DNA of 64,000 nucleotides from a virus: the IMG/VR virus record IMGVR_UViG_3300021091_003726, positions 24,292 through 88,291 of that record; one strand, written 5' to 3'. The notes beneath the pieces were generated by a model. That model was given only the letters and a program-made list of their open reading frames with translations, was not told the origin of the DNA and ran no database searches. Shown here piece after piece: positions 8,304-18,000 of the stretch; position 1 is the stretch's first letter, and the number at the start of each line of letters is the position of its first letter. A program made the translations under genes and the position numbers.

Positions 8304-10442
8304 TTACGCATCCCTATGTTTAAATTTAATTCTTATAGATTCAACCATTGGAGACGCTAAGGGATCTTCATACCTATTTAAATCTATTCTATATCTAATT
8401 GCATTTACGGCTAATGGATTATTGGATGTATAAATAAAGTTTGATTTTCCAGTTAATTCTTTTGAAGCTAATATTTCTTTTCTTCCAAAAATTGTATCTA
8501 TTGTAAAATAATAATTATCTTCATTTACTTTATTTTGAAATTCAAATGGGTCTAAATAATTAAAATAATCAACAAAAATTAATCCATATCTAGACAAAGA
8601 CAGGCTTTCTATTAAATTAAAAGAAACTTGTCCAGATATTAATTTATCATAAGTTATAACTATTTTATTAATTCCTGATTTAAACTCCCATTCAACGGCC
8701 TTACTGCCAGTTCCCTTTGGAAGATCTGCTATCAAAATACCATTTAAATATATTGCTAAATTAAAATTAGGATTAGATTTTGAAACATTATGTATAAGGC
8801 TTATGGGATTTTGTCTCAAAATTGATGTTTGTATATACCCAGAACTATAAGAATTTATTCCCGGATTTATAGAACCTATTTGTTCTTTTAATGTATTTGA
8901 CAAAAGCGAGGCCGGCTTCTTGTTGAAAACATCCACCCAATATTCAAGATCTTTATATTTTTCATTTGCGGTGGACTCGCCCACATATATTATGTAATTA
9001 TGTTTTAAACAATCTACTCCACCCAACAAAACGGGATTTAAATAATATTCTTCAGAACTAAGTGCAGTAATTCTATACACATTTTTTTCAGAATATATTT
9101 TATTATTTGGGTTTAATTCGTTTGCGTTTACCGCTGAAGAATTAATTGGTATATACTTTAATTCGTCATCTTCTGGCGTATTTGATATGTAAACATTTTT
9201 TCTAGTTGATCCATCAAGATAAACAACTGGATTATAACCTGAATTTTCCGAGCCTTTCGGAGATACTGGAATCCAATTGTAGTCATTAATTTTTTGTGCG
9301 GTTGGATTATTTGCAGCTACATAATAGTTTACAGATGTTCCAGGAACAACCTGCTCCTTGACTTCCATAGAAACAGCGTCTATTATTAAATTAGAATTAG
9401 TTTTTGTAGCGATAGATATCGGAGAAGATACCAATATACCTGATTTAGCGTAGTATTTTGATCCAATAATCATTTCTCTTAAACCAAACTTATAAACATA
9501 CGGACTAGAACTATTTTGATCTATATAGTCTGGTTCGTTTTTATATAAAACTATTTCTATTGCCGAATAAGAATCCGCCGGAATAGAAAAAGAAAATGCA
9601 TCATAATCTGATCTTGATGTTTTTATTTTTATTTCATTTTGTTTTTCTGGGTCAGAATATATTGCCCTCATCATAACATTTACTGGAGATGAAGTAAAAA
9701 GAATTCCATCTACTTTTGACAATACCGAAGTTCTATTTACCGGTATACTTATTGTTAGTGATACTGGCTGCGGATTTTGTAAGGACACAGAATGATCCCA
9801 GTATGTATCTGTTAGTCCATCAAATATATTATTAAAATTTGTTTTATCAATAGTTTCACTTAACTGCTGACCGTTTGCTGTTACTGTACAATTGACATTA
9901 TTTGCATTTAAATTGTCAACAGTTATAACATTAAACTGTTCAGATTTTAATTTACTAATAGTTACATTCCTAAGTTTTGGATCAAAAAATGCGGAATCTG
10001 TTAACGATAAATCTAATTTATCTGCAGATATAAAGTTTTCTGTAAAAGAATAAAAATATCCATCAGAATTATTATTCATAAATATAAGATCATCTACTTT
10101 TGATTCTAATTGTAATCTTTTCTTTTTTAAATTTTCTAATTTTTTATTAAGAGATGTAACAATAGAAAATAATTCTTCATTATTGTCTAAAATTGTGTCA
10201 TACAAAATATCAACATTGTAAATTGTATTAGCCATTATCTGGTTTAATAAATCAATATCAGTTTTATTTGATATTCTAAGAAGATCATAATCTACCTTAA
10301 TCGGATACCCTGGTTCATTTACGGTGAAATATTCATTAAAAGCTTTTCTAACTTCTTGTTCAGAAGGTTTTTGTCCAGAAGAATATATTAATTTATATAT
10401 ATTATTTAAAAATCTTCTTTTTTGAGTTGTTGAAATGTTCAT
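8304..10442 (-). CDS. Virion structural protein, 712 aa (baseplate-associated)
   Basis: Coiled-coil N-terminus, a discoidin-like segment (NIFDGLTDTYW) and a beta-rich body; module position. Confidence 0.6.
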   Translation of the reverse strand: MNISTTQKRRFLNNIYKLIYSSGQKPSEQEVRKAFNEYFTVNEPGYPIKVDYDLLRISNKTDIDLLNQIMANTIYNVDILYDTILDNNEELFSIVTSLNKKLENLKKKRLQLESKVDDLIFMNNNSDGYFYSFTENFISADKLDLSLTDSAFFDPKLRNVTISKLKSEQFNVITVDNLNANNVNCTVTANGQQLSETIDKTNFNNIFDGLTDTYWDHSVSLQNPQPVSLTISIPVNRTSVLSKVDGILFTSSPVNVMMRAIYSDPEKQNEIKIKTSRSDYDAFSFSIPADSYSAIEIVLYKNEPDYIDQNSSSPYVYKFGLREMIIGSKYYAKSGILVSSPISIATKTNSNLIIDAVSMEVKEQVVPGTSVNYYVAANNPTAQKINDYNWIPVSPKGSENSGYNPVVYLDGSTRKNVYISNTPEDDELKYIPINSSAVNANELNPNNKIYSEKNVYRITALSSEEYYLNPVLLGGVDCLKHNYIIYVGESTANEKYKDLEYWVDVFNKKPASLLSNTLKEQIGSINPGINSYSSGYIQTSILRQNPISLIHNVSKSNPNFNLAIYLNGILIADLPKGTGSKAVEWEFKSGINKIVITYDKLISGQVSFNLIESLSLSRYGLIFVDYFNYLDPFEFQNKVNEDNYYFTIDTIFGRKEILASKELTGKSNFIYTSNNPLAVNAIRYRIDLNRYEDPLASPMVESIRIKFKHRDA

Positions 10443-12343
10443 ATTTTTTTAACCTTTGCAGCCAGTGTATAAGAATATACAGTTGGAACAACGTTTGTAT
10501 TTAAATCTTTTAGCATTCTTATTTTAACTAGGATGCTCTTAACCTCTTGTGGGATCTTTGGACTGTTATAGTAGCCTATACCTGGAAGCTTATATTCCGA
10601 TGAAATATTTTGATTAAATACCAGAACTTCTGGATTTACTGATGAAACAGAAGAGTTAAATCCATACTGTGTAGAACTTATATCAAGCCAATTATTTCCT
10701 TCATCAACAGATATTTGAGATGATATAAGCTGGATATTTGAAGAAACACTCTTTGCATCACTCTCTATACCAAGCATTACTGATTCTACCGGATAATCAA
10801 AAACATATGGTAATGAGATAATTTCGGCCGAGTCTAAATACTCAATATATTCAACTGAAACATCTCTTAGGCCAATTGACATTCTCTTGCATTTAAGTAT
10901 ATCTTTTTGTAGCTTAAGCGGAACGGTAAACGTTTGAACTGACTCGGATGTATTTGCTTGTGTGAGTCTTTTCTTTACGGATACAACTATTTCTTTGCTA
11001 GTAACCTTATTCTTTTTAAAAATATTTGGATTACTCAATGGTGGTATTATCGCATCTTTATTATAATTTATTTCTTGATAGATATCTTTGCTTAAAGAAT
11101 CTGGATTAAATCTTACAGAACCAAAAAATGGACTATTATCCGATTTAGATTGAGCATAATCCGTAGCCCAATATGTGTGCATTATTTCTTCTTCGTTAAA
11201 ATACGGCTGTTCAAAAACAATTCTAATTTTTAATACTTTTCTATCGGAAAATTTAACAACTGCAGAATCAAAATAATATTTTGAATAAGCTTCTTTTGTT
11301 AAACTTTCTGGAGACAATCCTATATAAAAAGATTCTTTAACAACATCTTCTGTTTCCCCTAGGTCATTGGTAACATAAATGTTGGAAACTTTTACTATTT
11401 TTGTATATCCAAAATATGGAGATATTTTTATTGAATTAGCTATTGATGGAGAATTTGCTTGAATAGTAAAATCTAATTTTAAAGGTTCTTGCAAATTATG
11501 ATTTGACCAATTAACTAAACTGCGCTTTGATGCCGAAGAAAGTTCTTGCAAATCAACTATATAAGAAAACTCATTGTCTGATGGAACAAAATCAAATACA
11601 TTTTGATATTTACTTTTATCAACATTTAAGGCTTCATATTCAAAATATGTTAATGGATTTTTATCTATAATATTTATTGGATTAGATATTGAAGGACTAT
11701 TTTGAAAAACATATTGGTAATTTATTTTATCTAATTCATTTTTATTTTTAATTACAATATGATTGTTTCCCGTAAATCCATTGGAATTATTCAATGTTAG
11801 CCTAGATGCGTTCCAGTTAACAGTTTTTGCTGCTTGAATAGTTGCTGACCCACCATAAATCATTGGGTTTTCATTAACTTTCATTTTAGAAAAATCCATA
11901 TAATCTTGATTGTCAAACGAATCACCAATGTAAACTATGTCTTCTGCCGGACTTGAAGAATACATTTGAAGTATTTTTGTTTTTGAAAATATTCTTTGAG
12001 AATATTTTTTTTCATTTTCTATTTCAGAAGTAAATAAATTAAATATACTTATAATTTTTGCGGTTAAATAATCTAATTGTTTAGCAGATATATTTATATC
12101 ATTTTTTAATGAATTAACAAATTTATTCATTTTTGCTGACGTTGGTGGTTCGCCTTTTGTAAACAAATCTAAGCTTGTATTAAATGAATCTATATTTTTA
12201 TAAGCTTCATTTAGTGCCTGATTAAAATCAGACATTAAATCTCGTTTTGTAATGTATTTGCCATTTTTTAATTTTTCAGCTACAGCAGAAAGCGATGTAG
12301 CAACCTGATCAAAAATTGATGTTGATGGTGATAATTGTGCCAT
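10439..12343 (-). CDS. Virion structural protein, 634 aa (baseplate-associated)
   Basis: Same architecture as its neighbours (GEPPTSAKMN, NIIDKNPLTYFEYE, ISVDEGNNW); ATGA overlap with the next gene. Confidence 0.6.
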   Translation of the reverse strand: MAQLSPSTSIFDQVATSLSAVAEKLKNGKYITKRDLMSDFNQALNEAYKNIDSFNTSLDLFTKGEPPTSAKMNKFVNSLKNDINISAKQLDYLTAKIISIFNLFTSEIENEKKYSQRIFSKTKILQMYSSSPAEDIVYIGDSFDNQDYMDFSKMKVNENPMIYGGSATIQAAKTVNWNASRLTLNNSNGFTGNNHIVIKNKNELDKINYQYVFQNSPSISNPINIIDKNPLTYFEYEALNVDKSKYQNVFDFVPSDNEFSYIVDLQELSSASKRSLVNWSNHNLQEPLKLDFTIQANSPSIANSIKISPYFGYTKIVKVSNIYVTNDLGETEDVVKESFYIGLSPESLTKEAYSKYYFDSAVVKFSDRKVLKIRIVFEQPYFNEEEIMHTYWATDYAQSKSDNSPFFGSVRFNPDSLSKDIYQEINYNKDAIIPPLSNPNIFKKNKVTSKEIVVSVKKRLTQANTSESVQTFTVPLKLQKDILKCKRMSIGLRDVSVEYIEYLDSAEIISLPYVFDYPVESVMLGIESDAKSVSSNIQLISSQISVDEGNNWLDISSTQYGFNSSVSSVNPEVLVFNQNISSEYKLPGIGYYNSPKIPQEVKSILVKIRMLKDLNTNVVPTVYSYTLAAKVKKI

Positions 12344-12345
12344 GT

Positions 12346-15021
12346 TTAGTCGACCGCCAATGCTTTAGTTAATTTATCATAAAAAGGATCGTAATTTTTT
12401 GTTTTTGCTTTAATTATTACGGCATCGAGCGATGCTTGATAGGAAATGTTTGATGCATTTTTTCTAATTATTGTTCTAAATCTAGTAGAATTAGAAACGT
12501 ATTCGTAAATAACTGAAAACGGGTCAGATAAAACCTGATTAAATACTATCTCTTTGCCATTTTGTATAAAGTAAACTCTTGAGCTGTCCACAAAAGACGG
12601 AAGATCTTTGCTGTTAGTATAATTTGTTAGATTAATTGCGTAAGAACCATCTAATAAAAGTACTTTAATTGGGCTGTAGCCCTGGTAATCTGAAGAAAAT
12701 ATTGTACCGTAAGCTGGATTATAGCTAGCAGTTTGGACATATGTTGTATTAACGTATGGAAAATTACTCAGCGTTATTCTTCCGGTATAGTCTGTAGTAG
12801 AAAATCTTTGACCCTGACCCTGGTCATCAAAATATGATTTAGTTGATTCTTGAAATAATTTACTTTTAATAAAATCAATATTATCATAATTGAAAAGAGT
12901 TAAATCTGTTTTATAAGCGCAAACATATATAGAATTAATATCTAAAGAATTAATAATTATTGAATTTTCTTTTAAAGAATATTTATTTGGCGAAACAATA
13001 TAACCATCTTTATATAAAACAAATGTTTCTTTTTTAAAATAAAATCTAGTATAGGCGGATAGGGATTGTGAATCAAAAAATAAAACTTCTGAATCTACTT
13101 TATCTTTTCCATATTCCAAAATTGGAGTCCAATCATTTTCAGATATAGGTATTTCTGTGTTAGATATAGAAAGTTCATAGGATATAGGTTCTTTTAGGTC
13201 AAAATTAAATTTATTAAAATCTATTAAATTTTTGCTCCTAACCAATGAGGCTTTCAGTGCTAAAGGATATCCATTAAATGGAATTTTTTTACTAACAAAA
13301 CATGCTTTGTTTGAATCTATCTTTTCTACTGATGCAAATTCTATTGATTTAATAGAAAAAGTATATTCATATTGATCTATTTTTTCCAAAATAAATAAAT
13401 CTTTAAATATAGAACGATTTGATCTTGAAATTGTTTCAGCAAATAACTCTCTTGTTTTACCTAATAATATATTATTTGAATCTTTTTGTAAAAGTATCCC
13501 GGGTTTTTTAAAATCATATGTTTCTGAAAATATAGATCCAGATTCAATAAAAGTTGAATTATTAAAAATTTCTCCGCTGTCTTTAATCATATGAACAAAA
13601 AAGTTTTGAAATAGAGTAGACAAAATTGTACTCCATTTTTCATCTATTAAATTAGATTGAATATTTTCTTCTGAAAAATTATCTCTACCAATTTTATTAG
13701 TAAAATTTTTATTAACAGTTGGGTATTTATAAGAATAATAACTATCATTCATATATTTATTTTTAAATAAATCTTTAATAGAATTATTTTTTAAAAATAA
13801 ATTATATACCAAATCTTGTAATCTATCTGTATTAGATCTTCTTATTTCTCTTATTTCTTTTCCAATATTATATACGGCTTTTGCGTTTAATTCACTTGAT
13901 GAAGTTACGTTTTCATTCTTAGAGTAAACTGGTTGATTAAATATGAGTATAATTTTACTTACATTTCTTCTTGGAAAAGAAATTTCAGTAATAGAGTCAA
14001 GTTGTTTTGGTTGTGTTAATACAGATATAGTTGTTGTAGAAGATATTGGATCTCCAATATTTTCAAATGCGTAGGATTCAATTGTCTGATTGGAGTTTGT
14101 TGCTTCTTCAAGAATTGTTTCGTAATCTTTATACGCGTAGATTTCGGTTGAATCAGAGGATAAAACTACCTGAAGAAGCTGAAGACCATTTCCGTGACCA
14201 GGGGTAATGTATATTGTGTCTAATTCTTGCGGGAATGCAAATGACATTTCAACAATACTTTGTGCGCCGTTAATGTAAGATGTATCATAAGATATATACT
14301 TTTTAATATCATCTATTTTTGACGTTAAAATAACTGGAGATTTTATAGTTACATTCCACGAATCTGATCTGCTATCATTCAAAGTTGAATAAAATCCGCT
14401 ATCACTTGATTTGTAATTTTCATAATTATTTTTAATATTTATATTATCAATAAAATTGAGTGCGTTTTTGATTGTAACACCGCTACCAATTTTAAATACA
14501 CCAGCTTTTGTATCAACAAAACCATTGCCATTTTCATCAAAATAAGAACCATCTCTATCAATTAAATCAAATAAATAACCATCTGTTCTATAATCATTTA
14601 AATAATTATCAAATTTTTCTATATAATTTGAATTATACAAATCATCTTTTCCAGCTATAAATTCATAGTTATCAATAAAAACCTGTAATGTATCTAAATC
14701 TTTTTCTACTTTTTCAATTTCAGAAAAAAATATATCTATCATTGAATTAAGCATTAGACCAACTGTATTGGCCGACGTATAGTAGCTTCTCATTCTTAAA
14801 TCTGCATCTCTAAAAATATCAATAAAAAACTCTCTATTCAAAGAACTAAATTGACTAAATATAGATGGAGAATAGCTTGTATTTACTCTTATTTGTGAAA
14901 GTTTTGAAACCAAACTAGATACATCTGATTTATCAATCTTCATTTGATTTATCAAAGAAGAAACCGTAGCCTGAGAGCTGCTTGAAAAGCTATTAATTAC
15001 ATTTGGAAGTTGTTTTAACAT
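12346..15021 (-). CDS. Virion structural protein, 891 aa (baseplate-associated)
   Basis: Intact ORF in the baseplate module with a similar coiled-coil plus beta-domain layout. Confidence 0.6.
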   Translation of the reverse strand: MLKQLPNVINSFSSSSQATVSSLINQMKIDKSDVSSLVSKLSQIRVNTSYSPSIFSQFSSLNREFFIDIFRDADLRMRSYYTSANTVGLMLNSMIDIFFSEIEKVEKDLDTLQVFIDNYEFIAGKDDLYNSNYIEKFDNYLNDYRTDGYLFDLIDRDGSYFDENGNGFVDTKAGVFKIGSGVTIKNALNFIDNINIKNNYENYKSSDSGFYSTLNDSRSDSWNVTIKSPVILTSKIDDIKKYISYDTSYINGAQSIVEMSFAFPQELDTIYITPGHGNGLQLLQVVLSSDSTEIYAYKDYETILEEATNSNQTIESYAFENIGDPISSTTTISVLTQPKQLDSITEISFPRRNVSKIILIFNQPVYSKNENVTSSSELNAKAVYNIGKEIREIRRSNTDRLQDLVYNLFLKNNSIKDLFKNKYMNDSYYSYKYPTVNKNFTNKIGRDNFSEENIQSNLIDEKWSTILSTLFQNFFVHMIKDSGEIFNNSTFIESGSIFSETYDFKKPGILLQKDSNNILLGKTRELFAETISRSNRSIFKDLFILEKIDQYEYTFSIKSIEFASVEKIDSNKACFVSKKIPFNGYPLALKASLVRSKNLIDFNKFNFDLKEPISYELSISNTEIPISENDWTPILEYGKDKVDSEVLFFDSQSLSAYTRFYFKKETFVLYKDGYIVSPNKYSLKENSIIINSLDINSIYVCAYKTDLTLFNYDNIDFIKSKLFQESTKSYFDDQGQGQRFSTTDYTGRITLSNFPYVNTTYVQTASYNPAYGTIFSSDYQGYSPIKVLLLDGSYAINLTNYTNSKDLPSFVDSSRVYFIQNGKEIVFNQVLSDPFSVIYEYVSNSTRFRTIIRKNASNISYQASLDAVIIKAKTKNYDPFYDKLTKALAVD

Positions 15022-18000
15022 TATATTTCCCAGATCTCTCCATCTAAATTCTGTATTTGAAAAGAAACACCAGCAGTTAGATTCCTACGAATTATATCAT
15101 ATATTTCTTCTATATTTTCAAAATTATTTTTAACTTCATCTGGTATTCTAAGAACAACAAATCCACCTCTTGGATATGAGCATCCGTGTATTGGATATAC
15201 ATCCCAATTTGAAAGAAGATTGTCTATCTTTGAGTCTATTTCTACAAACTGGTACTCTGCAGCTACGCCGCCGCCCCTTAACCTTGTATCGTATATTTCT
15301 GTTTGCTTTTTATTAGGGTTATTAGTAAAGTATATAATCCCAATTGGTAACGCAAAAGGGTCATGTTTGGGTGAATATTGATTAAATATTTGAGAATCAT
15401 AAGTAAAATTATATGGATAACTTGGAACATATTCTTGCAGTGGTATATATTCGGCGGTGTTGGATGAATTTGTTGATAGTTTATTAATTTTTGTTGGCAA
15501 TATATATATGTATAGAGGTTTGTTAAATTTAATATTTTTAGAATTTAAAAATGGATTTAAAGGAACTGCTTCTCCATTTGATTGATATATCATTAGATCA
15601 AAATTTTTAATTACATAATTAACTTTTATTAAATTTTCATCAGAAGGAATTACCCTATTATTAAATTCTATTAAACCAGAATTACAGTTGTAATCTCTAA
15701 CTTCAGAAAAAGATAATTTTTCCCATTCTGAAGAAGATGTTTCTTTTATATATATTTCAATTTGTGGTTTAAATAAAGGAGCTACAGAGTTTTTGTAATT
15801 AGTTGGTTCTGGCCAAACAAGCAATGGCGTTTGTCTTAATTTAATTTGTTTATCGGAAACCAATATTGGTTTTTCATTTTTAACATCATAATATCCTCTA
15901 CCAAAAATATTTGACCAGTTGATCCCCTTGGCTAAAGTTGTGTCATAGGTTGCAATAAGATTTTGGTTTGCGTAATCAGATTTCCAATCCTCCCCCACTA
16001 AATGAATAGATATGCTTGCTATATTAATTGATTTAGTAAAAGATCCTGATGTTATTATCAGCGGCCATGCTTGTTTTTTGTCTACATAAGAATCCATATT
16101 ACCAATTTTTATTGCTGTTCCAGAATCATATTTAACGGAGTAAACTGGACATATTTTTTTAATTGGAACATTTGTTGGAATGAAAGTTGTGCTAACTTTT
16201 GGTCCAATGTAATCTATGATGTTTTGAGTATTACCATCTGAATCATATGCAGAGACTGCAAGAAATATATTGTTTATACCCCTAGCAATCATATCTACGT
16301 ATGATACGGTGTCTCCTAAAAATTCTTTTTGAGCAAAGTCGTAAAATCCATAAATAAATCCGTCTTGTTCTGAAATTCTATTTTTAACATAGACAAAACC
16401 TAGTCTTGCATCCTTTTCTTGTTCTGTTGCCGTTGAACCAAAGTAACTTGATATCTCAGAACCAGTTGGAATACCAATTGGTTTTCCAAATTCATTACAT
16501 AGTAGCAGTGTTCCATCTAGAGTTGTTATTGATTCTTTTTTAGGCACTATTACATTGTTTAAATTTTTCATTAAATACTGATTGACATACGTAAGCGGTG
16601 TGCTAATTACATTTGATCCCGAATAATACGTGGCTGAAGTTTCTATCGTTAATCTTGTTGCATTTCCGGAAGATGGATTTGTTTCTAAATAATTTATGCT
16701 TAGGACAGAAGATGGTGAAGACACATCGGATCCAGTTTCCGAAACTAAAGAAGTTATAGATGCGGAATTTGATCCATTTAAATCAACATAAAGTGGTTTA
16801 GTAAAATCAAATACAACACCAGAACTAGCAGTAAAATTATTTGTAGAAAGTTTAATAGAACTTGATAACGATTCTGTATATGATTTATTCAAATAATTAT
16901 ATACTAATGAATTAAATGTTAATGTAGTTGTTTTAATTGTATTAGTATCATACTTAATTGTATGATTTTTTAAAGCTGAAAGAGCGGAAAACTTTTCAGC
17001 TGTTGTTGCCTGTATATGTGCGTCTACTATTTTTGTAATAACCTTTGTGTCAACTCTAATATTTTTTTCTGTGTTTTCAGAAAAACTAACTTCAGACCAA
17101 GAAGATCCATTCCATGAATAATATTTTTCTGTGTCTACAGTATATATTAAGTATCCAGATTGATTTGACTTAAGGCTTGTTCCATCATAATAAACATTTG
17201 AATTATTCTCAATCCAATAATTTGCTATATCTTCTATTTCTGGTTTGTTTAAGCTGGGAAATGCATTGTATGTTTCTGAAACTGGAACCTCTGTTTCTTC
17301 TGGATCACCATATACTGGAGCTGTTGTAGTTGCACTCCCAACTATGTCGCATCTGATGCTTTTAATTTGGTATCCTTCAGCGTTTCCATACTTACTTTGA
17401 TTTATTACCGTATCGTTAGTTCTAAAATAAATATAACCATATTTGCAATTTCCTATTGGTTGATTATGCATTGACAAAACAACATTCCCAGAACTATCTG
17501 GTTTTTTATTAACAGTATAACCAGTATATAAGCTATTGTTTGTAGTGTTAGTAAAAGAAACATTATTTGCCGCATGGTTGACAGGAGCAAACCCGTAAGA
17601 TACTACTGTTACATTGCGCCAATTTTCAAGAGTTCCAAAATTAATTTTAACATTTTTTACTGTTTCTGCGCCGTCGGGTATGGTAAAAAATATTACATCT
17701 TGGATTCTTGTTACTTGAGTCCCAAGTCCTCCACCAGAATAACTTATTCTTCTATATTTTCCTCCAGAATTTATCTTATTTATATTGCTTTGCGATAACG
17801 CAGCTTCGTAATATTTTAAAACTCCATTAGAGTTACATAAATTTTTTGCCGTTGCTAAATTTATAATACCAAGTGACATTGCACTTACGAATAAAGATTT
17901 TGTTTGGCTATCTACTTTTCCATCTACAATACCGTCAAATCTTACGTTGGTTGTTTTCATTTTATTTTGGAATGCAGTAACTGCGGATGACGCGGCGGAG

